DNA of 64,000 nt. It comes from a virus. Positions within the stretch are counted from its first letter, which is position 1; every line of letters begins with the position of its first letter. A program made the position numbers and the translations under genes. Location of the stretch: IMG/VR virus record IMGVR_UViG_3300046703_000247, positions 1 to 64,000 of that record. One strand, written 5' to 3'. Below are positions 9,464 through 19,129 of the stretch, one piece after another. The notes beneath the pieces are model-generated. The model ran no database searches, was not told the origin of the DNA, and was given only the letters and a program-made list of their open reading frames with translations.

Positions 9464-11270
9464 GAAGAACACCGGCAACCAGATCCTCTTCATCCTGACG
9501 AAGTCGGGTGATGGCAGCCACGCCAAAGGCGCGACGGTTTCTCAGGTCACCGCAGGTGGTGCATCCTACGTGCTGGTGAGCAACGGATCGGCCGCTGTTG
9601 CCAGCAAGGGGACGATTTCGCGGGCCGCCAGCCTGGTCAAGTCCGGTGTGTTCCGGCAGTCTCTGAAGGCGGCGGAATGCAACGGCGACATGGCCCTGTA
9701 TATGTTCACGGCCACGAGTTGCGCGCTTCAGCTCATCCCGGTCACCTTCGAGGCGAACACCCCTGGAGAAACCTACTCCCGGGTGCTTCTGAACGGTTCG
9801 CTGGCCTCGGATGCGCACAGCCAGTGTGTGTTGGCCACCTCGGCGGCGCGCCAGGCCGCCAGCCGCGCGCTGGTCATTCAATCCTTAGCCTCCGATGCCC
9901 AGTCGATGGCACAGCAAACCTACAGCCGTGTGATGCTTACGGCCTCTCTGGCGAGCGATGCTCACTCCCAGGCAGTTCTAGCCACCTCCGCTGCGCGGCA
10001 AGTGAACTCGCGGGCGCTGATTGTTCAGTCCTTGGCTTCCGACACCCACAGCCAGTGCGTTCTCGCGGTCTCTGCCGCCCGGCAGGGCAATTCCCGGGCC
10101 TTGCTCATTCAATCCCTAGCCTCCGACGCCGTATCGGCAGCCAGAGCCGTAGTGGTTACCATCGGGGCCTCCGACATCTCAGCGATCGCCTCAACGGTGG
10201 CCTCGGCCGTTCTCGCCGCTGGAGTGGGCGGGGATAATGCCTCTCGGATCTGGGCCTATTCCGACGCCGCCGCCACGAAATCGGCAGCCGAGCAGGCCAA
10301 CGCCCGCGCCCTGGTAATCCAATCTCTCGCCTCAGACGCCGAATCCCAGGCACAACGGAGCTACTCAGCCGTCCAACTCGCCACAAGCGCGGCCCGGCAA
10401 GGCGTTTCCCGGGCTCTCATAGTCCAGAGTCTGGCCTCCGATGCCCACAGCCAGGCGCTCCGCGTCTATTCCGCAGTAGCAGCGGGGGCGGGCGGGGCAA
10501 CGCCATCCGAAGTCTGGGCTTACCCCAATGCGGCAGCCGTGTTGAGCGCTGCGCAGGAAGCCAACTCCCGGGTGCTGGTGGTGCAGTCGGCGGCTTCGGA
10601 CGCCGTCGCGCTGGGCGTCCTTTCGACCAGTGCGGCTCGCCAGGCGGCTGCGCGGGCTCTCGTGATCCAGAGCCTCGCTTCCGATACCCACTCCCAAGCG
10701 GCGCGGACCTACTCGGCGGTGGCGGCCGGGGCCGGAGGCGCAACTCCTTCGGAGGTATGGGCCTATTCAGACGCCGCAGCGGTGCTGAGCGCCGCGCGCA
10801 AAGGCAGTTCCAGGGTGTTGACTGTCCAGTCGCTTGCCAGCGATGCCCAAAGTGTTGCCGCGGCCGCCTACTCCCGGTGCGTGCTGGCGACCAGCGCAGC
10901 CCGGCAAGGAAGTTCCCGCGCCCTAGTGGTTCAATCGCTGGTCTCGGATACCCACTCCGCAGCGATTCAGGGACTATCGCGGGCGCTGAGCATTCAGTCC
11001 CTCGTGAGCGACGTTCACTCCTTGGTGCAGGACGTTCCTACAGCGGATGAGAACGCCGACAAACTGCTCGGCCGCAACATCGCCGGCGCCTCGGATGGCG
11101 GCAGGACCGTCACCGGCGCCCTGCGCACTGTTCGCAACAAGATCGACACCGTAACGGTTCCAGGCTACGCCATCATCTACAGGGAAGACGACCTCACCGA
11201 AGACCACCGGCGCGCTCTGGCCACGGACGCCTCGGCGTTGCCGATCGTAACCTCCGACCCCACCACATAG
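9453..11270 (+). CDS. Ala/Ser-rich repeat protein (fibre/decoration-like)
   Basis: More than 12 repeats of SRAL(V/I)QSLASDAHS and 3 of (E/R)(V/I)WAY. Confidence 0.8.
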   Translation: MAFKKNTGNQILFILTKSGDGSHAKGATVSQVTAGGASYVLVSNGSAAVASKGTISRAASLVKSGVFRQSLKAAECNGDMALYMFTATSCALQLIPVTFEANTPGETYSRVLLNGSLASDAHSQCVLATSAARQAASRALVIQSLASDAQSMAQQTYSRVMLTASLASDAHSQAVLATSAARQVNSRALIVQSLASDTHSQCVLAVSAARQGNSRALLIQSLASDAVSAARAVVVTIGASDISAIASTVASAVLAAGVGGDNASRIWAYSDAAATKSAAEQANARALVIQSLASDAESQAQRSYSAVQLATSAARQGVSRALIVQSLASDAHSQALRVYSAVAAGAGGATPSEVWAYPNAAAVLSAAQEANSRVLVVQSAASDAVALGVLSTSAARQAAARALVIQSLASDTHSQAARTYSAVAAGAGGATPSEVWAYSDAAAVLSAARKGSSRVLTVQSLASDAQSVAAAAYSRCVLATSAARQGSSRALVVQSLVSDTHSAAIQGLSRALSIQSLVSDVHSLVQDVPTADENADKLLGRNIAGASDGGRTVTGALRTVRNKIDTVTVPGYAIIYREDDLTEDHRRALATDASALPIVTSDPTT

Positions 11271-11303
11271 GACACCTGTTCGCGTTGTGTCGAGGATCAA
11301 GCA

Positions 11304-12104
11304 ATGAGATTTACTGCGGCTTTTCTGGGACTGTGGCTTGTAATCCCGCTCTCCAGCCAGGTGTTCACTGTTGGCCAGCCAAAGAACATCGACTACTCGG
11401 CCAAAACCAGCACGCGCACAATGAAGATTGGCACCGCCGCGCCATCCTCGGGCGACTGCGATGCTGCCGGCGAAGAGGGTCGTCTGTACCTCCAGACCGG
11501 CGACCCCGCCTCGGTGCCGGGCCAGACATGGGTCTGCCGGAAGGCCGGCGCGAGCACCTACGGTTGGCAACCCATCGGGCATCTTCAGGGGACCGCCGCC
11601 CCTGCGACGTGCGTGGTAGGCCAGGTCTTCTTCGACACCGACGCGACCGCGGGTGCCAACTGGTTTGGCTGCACGTCGACCGACATCTGGACGCCGCTCT
11701 CCCATCTCCAGAACACCGATACCGGCACGACCTCTACCTGCTTCCAGGTAGCGAGCGGCGCTACGGGCCCGAAGTTGTGTACGGACGGATCGGGCGGATT
11801 TTCGCTCAAGGATGCGAGTGACAACGTCATTCTGAGTTGCACGACGGCGGGCGCCTGTACCTACTACGGCACCGGTTCTGGCGAAACCGAATTGAAGAAC
11901 CAGACTGGCACGCTCGCCGCCGGCTCCGCCTCGGGATATACGAACACCGGCATCAACTCGAGCGGTGATCCAGTTTGGCGCACCTATGGGGGAAGCGAAA
12001 AAACGGCGGCGGCCGCGTCCGCAGTGACCGCCAGCGGCGGATCGGGCTGCACCATCACGGCAATCGTGGCCGGAATCATCACCGCGGCGACGTGTGCACC
12101 ATGA
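11304..12104 (+). CDS. Cys/Gly/Thr-rich fibre-like protein with signal peptide
   Basis: Signal peptide; PATC.VGQ.FF.TDATAG.N..GCT...W module. Confidence 0.7.
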   Translation: MRFTAAFLGLWLVIPLSSQVFTVGQPKNIDYSAKTSTRTMKIGTAAPSSGDCDAAGEEGRLYLQTGDPASVPGQTWVCRKAGASTYGWQPIGHLQGTAAPATCVVGQVFFDTDATAGANWFGCTSTDIWTPLSHLQNTDTGTTSTCFQVASGATGPKLCTDGSGGFSLKDASDNVILSCTTAGACTYYGTGSGETELKNQTGTLAAGSASGYTNTGINSSGDPVWRTYGGSEKTAAAASAVTASGGSGCTITAIVAGIITAATCAP

Positions 12105-14317
12105 GAAAACTACTGTTGGCTCTGATCCTCCTCGCCCTGCCCCTGTGGGCAGCGGCACCCGTGTGCAATGCCGGGGCGCAGACCACGTACCGGGCGGTCA
12201 CTTCGGCCACCCTGGATGGTACTGGATCTACAGGAGATTCGGCGCTTGCCTACGCCTGGAGCCAGACCAGCGGACCGTCTACGGTGGCTTGGAGTGGACA
12301 GACGACAGCTACCCCGAGCGTCACCAACACTGTGTTCGGGTCCTACGTGTTCAGCCTGACGGTTACGGACGCCATCGCGCAGACCGCCACCTGTAGCGTG
12401 AAGCACGGGTTTGTGCTGACCGACGCCAACGGGATAGTGAATACCGGGAGCACCACGCTCGACACCCTGCTGGGGAAGTTGATCCGGTCTGGACTCAATC
12501 CCTGGCCGTGGGCTGACGATCGCCACACCGCGGCGGCGGACTTCAATATCGTCTATCTGGCGGACGGCTCCTACTACCAGGAATTTTGGGAGGACAGCCA
12601 AGGTCCGGGAACTGTCACTGTGACCGAGGGAAGTGCTGCCGTGACGGGAGTTGGTACGGACTTTACGACGCGCTACTGCGAAGGACCAGGGAGCCCGACG
12701 GTGGTCAAGACGGCTGCTGGTGGTCAGCACGTCCTGCTTTTGCTCTGGTACCCGGATAGCTCACCCGAAGGGTACGGTCTACGCTTTCAGTCGATTGCCA
12801 GTTGCACCGATGACACGCATCTGACCCTTGACGCTGTGTGGTTCGGGAACGGCCACGACTGCGCGGCGGGCGGGTGCTCCTACTCATACGACGACCCCTC
12901 GAACAGCTATGGCGGCGTGTGGAACTGGCCGGAGCGGGCCGGCTCGAACTACTACGATGCAGTGGCGGCCTTTTACGCGCTGTACTACCGCAGCGGCATC
13001 GACGACTACCTGACGGCGGCGCGAGACCTCGCGGACCGCGACTGGAAGTACCGCATGGACAGCGGGTTCATGTGCTACTACGGGCCGGGGGATCGCTGTG
13101 GTGGGAGCCTGCAACCGAGGTCGTATTCCGCGCTGGGGTTTGTCCTGCGGGCCAACGATGGGCGGTCTGATATGTGGCCGGGGCTGGAGAATCTCTGGTC
13201 GTATTCGATGAGTCTTGCCACGGACAGTATTTCCTGGGGCATCTGGGACACGCGCGAAGAGGCGTACATGACGGCGATGATCGCCTACTGTGCGCTCTAC
13301 GACACCGACGCCACGTATCGGGCGAACTGCAAGACCAGCCTCAGCGGATTGATGGAAGACCTTTGGGGCGTGAACCAATCTGCGACTGGAACCTTCGATG
13401 CTTTCTACGGCGCCCATAGTTCCTGGCTGGACTCGTGCCACGTGGATCTGACAAATAGTTCCACCACGGTGACCGCCGACGGCTGCACTTTCGATTCGGC
13501 CCACTTCCCGACACACATCGTTTTCCAGGCCGGCTTGACGGCCCCTGCAAACAACGCTGCAACAGAGAATGTCTATTACACGGCGACCTATTCAAACGAC
13601 ACGACGCTCACCCTTGATGCCCCCTACGCGGGCACCACGGGTGAGCACGGCTGGATGATCGGGTACGGGACTTGCCCCGGCGAGTGTTTCGTCGGCTGGG
13701 GATCGCAGCCGTTCATGGTGGGCATTCTGGGATTCGCTTTCGACATGACTGCAAAGGCTTTGACGGTTTCGGACCCAACCAACGCGGCGTTGGCTCTGCA
13801 CTACAATGCCGATCTCGCCACCTGGCAGAAGGATTACGGCTACCGCCCGGCAGTCAAGGGAATGCAGTACATGGTCGGGACGGTGGACTGTCCGACGCCC
13901 ATCAATGAGTCGTGGACGTGGTGCACGGCAAGCATGACCCCGACACAGGCCCGCACACTCAACGCGGAGTCTCTGCGGTCCGTGATGCTGGCCTATCAGC
14001 AGTCCTCCAACGCGACCCTGAAGACCTTTGCGGACACCCTCTACAACTCGATGTGGGCGGCGCCGGGGACGTGTCCTGTCGGATCAACGGCTTGCGTGGC
14101 AGACGGTGACTACATCTCCGACTGGGACGATGGCGCGTGGTTTCTACAACCTCCACCGGGAGGGAGCCCGTGGAACAACCGATGGCACAAGTATTTCGGC
14201 ATGTCATTCGGAATCGGGGGCAGCGCGTCGTGGCCTGCTGTCCGGCTGGGACCGTATACCGCCCCGACCCGGTTCATTCGCGGCCGACTGACCACCAATG
14301 TAGGAGGCACACCATGA
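12101..14317 (+). CDS. PKD/Ig-domain large secreted or virion protein
   Basis: Signal MRKLLLALILLALPLWA; TLDGTGS...YAWSQTSGP...GSYVFSLTVTD PKD motif; two GTV.VT.GS..VTG-type fibre motifs; alpha-rich C-terminal part. Confidence 0.75.
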   Translation: MRKLLLALILLALPLWAAAPVCNAGAQTTYRAVTSATLDGTGSTGDSALAYAWSQTSGPSTVAWSGQTTATPSVTNTVFGSYVFSLTVTDAIAQTATCSVKHGFVLTDANGIVNTGSTTLDTLLGKLIRSGLNPWPWADDRHTAAADFNIVYLADGSYYQEFWEDSQGPGTVTVTEGSAAVTGVGTDFTTRYCEGPGSPTVVKTAAGGQHVLLLLWYPDSSPEGYGLRFQSIASCTDDTHLTLDAVWFGNGHDCAAGGCSYSYDDPSNSYGGVWNWPERAGSNYYDAVAAFYALYYRSGIDDYLTAARDLADRDWKYRMDSGFMCYYGPGDRCGGSLQPRSYSALGFVLRANDGRSDMWPGLENLWSYSMSLATDSISWGIWDTREEAYMTAMIAYCALYDTDATYRANCKTSLSGLMEDLWGVNQSATGTFDAFYGAHSSWLDSCHVDLTNSSTTVTADGCTFDSAHFPTHIVFQAGLTAPANNAATENVYYTATYSNDTTLTLDAPYAGTTGEHGWMIGYGTCPGECFVGWGSQPFMVGILGFAFDMTAKALTVSDPTNAALALHYNADLATWQKDYGYRPAVKGMQYMVGTVDCPTPINESWTWCTASMTPTQARTLNAESLRSVMLAYQQSSNATLKTFADTLYNSMWAAPGTCPVGSTACVADGDYISDWDDGAWFLQPPPGGSPWNNRWHKYFGMSFGIGGSASWPAVRLGPYTAPTRFIRGRLTTNVGGTP

Positions 14318-14832
14318 TCCTCGAACTGGCGCTTCTGTTCCAGGTTGCGCTGGGAGGTGCAACGGTCACCCTCTCCACGGGGCAGAGTAGTGTGACGGAC
14401 GCGCAGGGATACTACTCGTTTCAGGTTCCAAATTGCTGGACCGGGAGGGTTACACCGAAACTGAGCGGATTTCTCTTCACTCCGGCCTCCAGCTCGCGGA
14501 CCTGCCTGGGGGCGGATTTCGTGGCCGACTTCGTAGGCAATGCCACGGATGTGACGCCGCCGGTGGTGAAGGTGATCAATCCCAAGAACAACGCCTCGCT
14601 TCTGCGCCAACTTGTGCTGATCCAGGCCACAGCGACCGACAATCGGGCTGTGGTGGGAGTGCGCTTTCTGGCGGACGGAGTGGCACTGGGAGGTGAACTT
14701 CAGGTCGGGCCATATAAGACCCTCTGGGACGCCAGAAAGACGACCGCGAAGAGCTGGCACACGATCACGGCCATTGCGCGCGACGGGGCCGGGAACTCCG
14801 CTACGACGAGCGTGCGCGTGCGGATGAGGTAA
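14314..14832 (+). CDS. bacterial Ig-like (Big_7-like) domain protein
   Basis: DVTPPVV...ATATDN..VVGVRF.ADG...W......HTITAIARDGAGN. Confidence 0.75.
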   Translation: MILELALLFQVALGGATVTLSTGQSSVTDAQGYYSFQVPNCWTGRVTPKLSGFLFTPASSSRTCLGADFVADFVGNATDVTPPVVKVINPKNNASLLRQLVLIQATATDNRAVVGVRFLADGVALGGELQVGPYKTLWDARKTTAKSWHTITAIARDGAGNSATTSVRVRMR

Positions 14833-14836
14833 CCCC

Positions 14837-15328
14837 ATGAGCCGACTAGACCAGTCCACCGCTTACGAGCGCATGTTCTACATGAACGATGCCGGCCTGA
14901 CCGTCTCGGTTGCGATCAGTAAGGCCGGAGCGGCGTTCGGAGCGGCGGCCGGGGCCGTGACTGAGGTAGCATACGGCTGGTACAAAGTCTCCCTGACTGC
15001 TGGGGATACCAACACCCTCGGGGATTTGGCATATCAGTGCACAGCGCCGGGCGCCGACCCGTGTGCGTTTGCGGATCAGGTGGGCCCCGCGCCCGTCGAC
15101 GAGGCCGCGATCGCCGACAAACTCCTCGGCCGCAACATCGCCGGTGGATCGGATGGGGGGCGGACTGTGACGAGCGCTCTGCGGAGTATGCGCAACAAGG
15201 TGGACACGGTTTCCGTACCAGGCAAGGCCATCTTCTACCAGGAGGACGACATAGTTGAAGATCACCGGCGTGATCTGACCAGCGACGCCCTGGCATTGCC
15301 TATTGTAACCGCCGACCCAACCACATGA
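14837..15328 (+). CDS. hypothetical virion protein sharing C-terminal module with 9453..11270
   Basis: ADKLLGRNIAG.SDGGRTVT.ALR...LPIVT.DPTT duplicated. Confidence 0.75.
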   Translation: MSRLDQSTAYERMFYMNDAGLTVSVAISKAGAAFGAAAGAVTEVAYGWYKVSLTAGDTNTLGDLAYQCTAPGADPCAFADQVGPAPVDEAAIADKLLGRNIAGGSDGGRTVTSALRSMRNKVDTVSVPGKAIFYQEDDIVEDHRRDLTSDALALPIVTADPTT

Positions 15329-15651
15329 TGCACCCGTTCTGGCATCCGGTTTTCGGTAGACTCCGTCGAACCTCACTGACACCGGCAGTTCCTCCGCCGC
15401 CCCCGGAGTTGCATCTCGGGTTGATGTTTTGGCACCCGATCCTTGGCAGGCTGCGGGCCTGGTTCGGCATCGGAACGCCCAGCGGCCGCCCGGCGGTGTT
15501 TCTTGGCACTATCAACGGGCAGGCAATCTTCCTCGGTGGGATGGATGGGGCCTGTTCACTTGGTTCTATCAATGCGGTGGGGCTCGACCTGGGAACGATG
15601 GAGGCGGGGGCGGTCCGGTTGGGGAAGATTCCGATCAGACGCGGCTCTTAA
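15325..15651 (+). CDS. hypothetical protein
   Basis: ATGA overlap with previous gene; FWHP(V/I)(F/L)GRLR repeated twice. Confidence 0.55.
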   Translation: MMHPFWHPVFGRLRRTSLTPAVPPPPPELHLGLMFWHPILGRLRAWFGIGTPSGRPAVFLGTINGQAIFLGGMDGACSLGSINAVGLDLGTMEAGAVRLGKIPIRRGS

Positions 15652-15997
15652 CTTCTATGCCGTACCTTTGGGAGACGGAACCCTGCGGTTCCTTCCCCCA
15701 AACCCGCTTCTTCCCTGATCCGAAAGGGAAAGGCTGGAGAAGTTCGAGTGTGGAACTCATGGCCCGATTGTGGAACTCCTGCAAACGAACCACGGAGTTG
15801 GGTAAGGCGGGCCGGGGCCAGAGTTCAATGAGACCGTTTGGCTGCATCCAGTACATCTGTGGTGCCAACGCTCCGTACGGGAAATATGGCGGAATGGCGC
15901 CCATCCTTCCCTTAGCTGGTGCGGCCACCTTCGACACCGGCACAGCCGGCGCGGCGGCCATCCCCAGCAGCATGCGGAGCAGCCCGCGGCGGTTCAT
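15635..15997 (-). CDS. twin-arginine mini-protein with adaptor-like fragment
   Basis: MNRRGLL + hydrophobic stretch; PQMYWMQPNGLIELWPRP resembles adaptor P...Y....LWP.P. Confidence 0.7.
   Translation of the reverse strand: MNRRGLLRMLLGMAAAPAVPVSKVAAPAKGRMGAIPPYFPYGALAPQMYWMQPNGLIELWPRPALPNSVVRLQEFHNRAMSSTLELLQPFPFGSGKKRVWGKEPQGSVSQRYGIEVKSRV
15659..15716 (-). repeat. hairpin repeat copy R4
   Basis: rev-comp AGGGAAGAAGCGGGTTTGGGGGAAGGAACC-GCAG-GGTTCCGTCTCCCAAAGG. Confidence 0.9.
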
Positions 15998-16281
15998 GAT
16001 GTTCCTTCGGCACGCTGGCTGAACCGCGCGGGTTTGCGAACCTCCAAGGTATCCCCGATTTTCGGCCCTTTGAAGGCAAACTGGTTCTCATAATCGCGGT
16101 TTACCATTTTGGCGAATGCGAGATGCTTTTTAAGAATGGCCAGCATCTCCCTCGTGATTTCCGACTGAGTCAATAGTCGGTTTCCGGGCCACGGCAGCCG
16201 GGCAGCCAGAGTGTTGCGCAGTGGAAACGTGGCGGAGGCCGCAGCCCCCAAGAGAGCGCCGATGAACCCGCGCCGATTCAT
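15994..16281 (-). CDS. twin-arginine mini-protein fused to P22-type coat protein N-terminus
   Basis: MNRRGFIGALLG; NRLLT..EITREML.IL...L.F...VNRDY...F...G.KIGDTL.VRKP; TAGAAT just upstream of ATG. Confidence 0.8.
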   Translation of the reverse strand: MNRRGFIGALLGAAASATFPLRNTLAARLPWPGNRLLTQSEITREMLAILKKHLAFAKMVNRDYENQFAFKGPKIGDTLEVRKPARFSQRAEGTS

Positions 16282-16293
16282 GTCCCCATTCTA

Positions 16294-16350
16294 AGGGAAG
16301 AAAAGGTCCTAGGAAAAGAAACCGTAGGTTTCGTTTCCTGGAGCCCCGGC
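16294..16350 (+). repeat. hairpin repeat copy R5
   Basis: AGGGAAGAAAAGGTCCTAGGAAAAGAAACC-GTA-GGTTTCGTTTCCTGGAGCCCCGGC. Confidence 0.9.
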
Positions 16351-16370
16351 CAATAAAGGGAATTTGAGCC

Positions 16371-16664
16371 ATGCCCATGAACCCCAACGTATTGGAACTG
16401 GATCCCAACGACGAGCGCGACTGCTATTGGGATGCTGAGAACGACACCATCGCCACCGGCGGCGCCGCCTGGAGTTCCGTCGCCATCTCGCCCGTGGGAA
16501 CCCCCGCCCTGACCATCGGAGTGCCGGTGAACACCACGACGCGCACCATGGCCAACGTCAAGGGCATCGCCCTGGGGTCTCTGCACGAGCTGATCTGTAA
16601 GGTAACGCTCACCTCGGGGCAGAAGATCGAGCGCTCGCGCTACGTGAAAGGCGTGAACCAGTGA
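16371..16664 (+). CDS. conserved small phage structural protein
   Basis: LDPNDERDCYWD...C.VT.TSGQ..ERS motif. Confidence 0.65.
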   Translation: MPMNPNVLELDPNDERDCYWDAENDTIATGGAAWSSVAISPVGTPALTIGVPVNTTTRTMANVKGIALGSLHELICKVTLTSGQKIERSRYVKGVNQ

Positions 16665-17278
16665 GCTACGAGATCCCCTACTCGGATCTGGACCTAATTC
16701 TGAAGACGCTCAAGGAGAGCACCGACCCGGACGTCATCCGCGCGCGCAACCAGATTGAGGCTCAGAGCCTTATCGAGGATCTGAAGAAGTACGACCCGCC
16801 CGCGGAATTCCGCCTGCACATCGCAAAGATCACCCACTATCTGAAGCACTGGTTCAGCCTGGATGACTGGGCCGGCTACATCCAGTTCGAAGCTCTCCAG
16901 GAGACCGGCGACCCGCACACGGAAACCAGGGTGACCATCCGCACGGACCGGGTCTACCTGAACTACACCCTGAGAATTGGAATCCCGATTCTCGAAAACT
17001 GGCGGCGCGGCGAGTGGTTCACCATCGGGCATAGTCTGTGCCACGAGTTCTGCCACATCCTCACCGATCCGATCATTGCTCTGGCTCTCTCGGACGCTGC
17101 TCCCTCGCAGGTTCCCATGATGCAGGAGATCAACGAGCGCCAGGTCCAGCGCTTCGCGGTGATCATCACCGAGGCTCTTCCCGACAACTGGTACACCCCC
17201 GAGAAGTTGACCGACTGGTTCCAACGCCATCCGGAAATCGAACTGCCCAAAGCAGAAGCCACACCCGCCGCAGCCTGA
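16661..17278 (+). CDS. HExxH zinc metallopeptidase-like protein
   Basis: LCHEFCHIL plus downstream E (INERQV). Confidence 0.6.
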   Translation: MSYEIPYSDLDLILKTLKESTDPDVIRARNQIEAQSLIEDLKKYDPPAEFRLHIAKITHYLKHWFSLDDWAGYIQFEALQETGDPHTETRVTIRTDRVYLNYTLRIGIPILENWRRGEWFTIGHSLCHEFCHILTDPIIALALSDAAPSQVPMMQEINERQVQRFAVIITEALPDNWYTPEKLTDWFQRHPEIELPKAEATPAAA

Positions 17279-17284
17279 ACCCCC

Positions 17285-18979
17285 ATGCTCGTCCCCCTCT
17301 TCCAAGGCGGCAGCTACACCTCCGACTCCCCCAACTGGGCGGCGGACCGCACCGTCAACCTCTTCACCGAAGTAGGCGAGTCGGGCGCCACCAAATCCGC
17401 GATGCGGCTGCGGGGCTCGCCCGGGCTGCGCCTCTTCTGTGAGCTGCCGACCGCTCCGGTCCGGGGTATTTGGGTCAACGAATCGCGCCTGTTTGCAGCC
17501 GGCGGCTCACGTAGCTATGAGGTCTTTCCCAACGCTGTCCCCCACGACCAGGGCGAGATCGGCGACGACGCCACGCATACGCCGGTCCAGATGTTTCCGA
17601 ACGGCGGGCAGTTGTTCATCGTTTCGGCTGGACAAGGCTACATCGACACCGGCACCGAGATCATCGCCTGCGAGCTCGCGACCCTGACCGGAACACTATC
17701 GAGCCCCGGAACGATCATCGTTACCCGCCGCGGCCGGGAGGGCGGTCGAACCAACTACCCGCCCACGACAAATGTCGATCCTCTGAACCCCTGGTTCACT
17801 GTCGATTGGACTTCGGGCGATACTTTCGACCCGGCCATGGTGGGCCGGGACATCACCCTGAATGGGGCGACCTTCGAGGTTCTCAGCGTTCGAGGAGACG
17901 GAAAGCAGATGAGGATCCGGGGCAGCGCCGGTGTCCTGGCAAACCTCACCTGGACCTGTGTTCTGCCCGTGTTGGCCAAGACCGGGGCCTTTCTCGACGG
18001 CTATTTCATCGCGGCTCCACCGGATGATAAGCGCTTCAGAATCAGTTCCCTCTATGACGGGCTGACCTGGGATCCGCTGGATTACGGGGTGAAACAGGGC
18101 TATCCCGACAACATCTCCTCGATCCTGGCCGATCACGGCGACCTCTGGCTGCTTGGCACCGAAACCGCCGAGATCTGGCGGAACACGGGGAATGCCGACT
18201 TCCCCTATGAGAAGGATCTGGGGGCCTTCATCCACCAGGGCTGTGCGGCCACCTGGAGCGTGGTACGGCTGAACAACGGCGTGGCCTGGCTGGGAGGGGA
18301 CGCTCGAGGAAGAGTCACCGCCTGGCGCGCCCAGGGCTACATTCCGGTACGGATTTCGACCCACGGCGTGGAGCAAGCTTGGCGCAACTATGCTGAGGTC
18401 TCGGACGCCATCGGCTTCGTCTACCGCCTGGACGGCCACGAATTCTGGCAACTCCAGTTCCCCACCGCGAAAGCCACCTGGGTCTACGATGCGCTCACTG
18501 GCCTGTGGCACGAGCGGGATAGTTGGGACCCGGTCGAAGCCGAATACGGGATGCACCGGGCCCGCTGCTACGGCTATGTGTGGGGCAAACACTTCGTGGG
18601 GGACTACGCCTCGGGCAAGATCTACGAGATGTCGGCGAGCTTCTATGACGACGACGGGACGGCGATTCGAAGATTGCGGCAGGCGCCACATCTCTCCGAC
18701 GAGCAACTCTGGCACTTCTTCTACCGGCTGCAGCTCGACATGGAGACCGGCTCGGTCGTGGCAGATCCGCCCATGACGCTCGAATGGTCCGACGACGGCG
18801 GCCACACCTGGAAGACGCCGCTGACAATTACCGCCGGGGCGCTGAACGACTTCACCAAGCGGGTGATCTGGCGCCGGCTCGGAAAATCCAGAGACCGGGT
18901 CTGGCGGATCACCTCAACAGCAGCCATTCCGCACACCTGGATCAATGCCATTATCGATGTCACTAAAGGAACGGCCTGA
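17285..18979 (+). CDS. tail hub / packaged-DNA stabilization protein, P22 gp10-like
   Basis: VNLF.E...L.GSPGL; FLDGYFI; TWVYD..TG.WHER; LEWSDDGGHTW; WRRLG..RDRVWRI. Confidence 0.85.
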   Translation: MLVPLFQGGSYTSDSPNWAADRTVNLFTEVGESGATKSAMRLRGSPGLRLFCELPTAPVRGIWVNESRLFAAGGSRSYEVFPNAVPHDQGEIGDDATHTPVQMFPNGGQLFIVSAGQGYIDTGTEIIACELATLTGTLSSPGTIIVTRRGREGGRTNYPPTTNVDPLNPWFTVDWTSGDTFDPAMVGRDITLNGATFEVLSVRGDGKQMRIRGSAGVLANLTWTCVLPVLAKTGAFLDGYFIAAPPDDKRFRISSLYDGLTWDPLDYGVKQGYPDNISSILADHGDLWLLGTETAEIWRNTGNADFPYEKDLGAFIHQGCAATWSVVRLNNGVAWLGGDARGRVTAWRAQGYIPVRISTHGVEQAWRNYAEVSDAIGFVYRLDGHEFWQLQFPTAKATWVYDALTGLWHERDSWDPVEAEYGMHRARCYGYVWGKHFVGDYASGKIYEMSASFYDDDGTAIRRLRQAPHLSDEQLWHFFYRLQLDMETGSVVADPPMTLEWSDDGGHTWKTPLTITAGALNDFTKRVIWRRLGKSRDRVWRITSTAAIPHTWINAIIDVTKGTA

Positions 18980-19001
18980 GTTTGCGCGAACGTTCTATTT
19001 T

Positions 19002-19060
19002 CTGAAGCCTGAAGGGAGCGAAACCCTGCGGTTTCTCTCCCTTCCAACCCACTCTTCCCT
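19002..19060 (-). repeat. hairpin repeat copy R6
   Basis: rev-comp AGGGAAGAGTGGGTTGGAAGGGAGAGAAACC-GCAG-GGTTTCGCTCCCTTCAGGCT. Confidence 0.9.
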
Positions 19061-19129
19061 GATGTTAAAGACAATCGAGCATACAGAGGCGCGCTTGCCG
19101 CAGCCGCCGCTCCCCTCCAAGGAGACGAA

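Noticed and set aside
9770-11020. Tandem DNA repeat array
   Set aside because: Protein-level QSLASD repeats with degenerate codons, explained by the CDS
11055-15328. Diversity-generating retroelement TR/VR pair
   Set aside because: Differences are mostly synonymous or conservative and not adenine-specific; both copies are coding; no reverse transcriptase in the window
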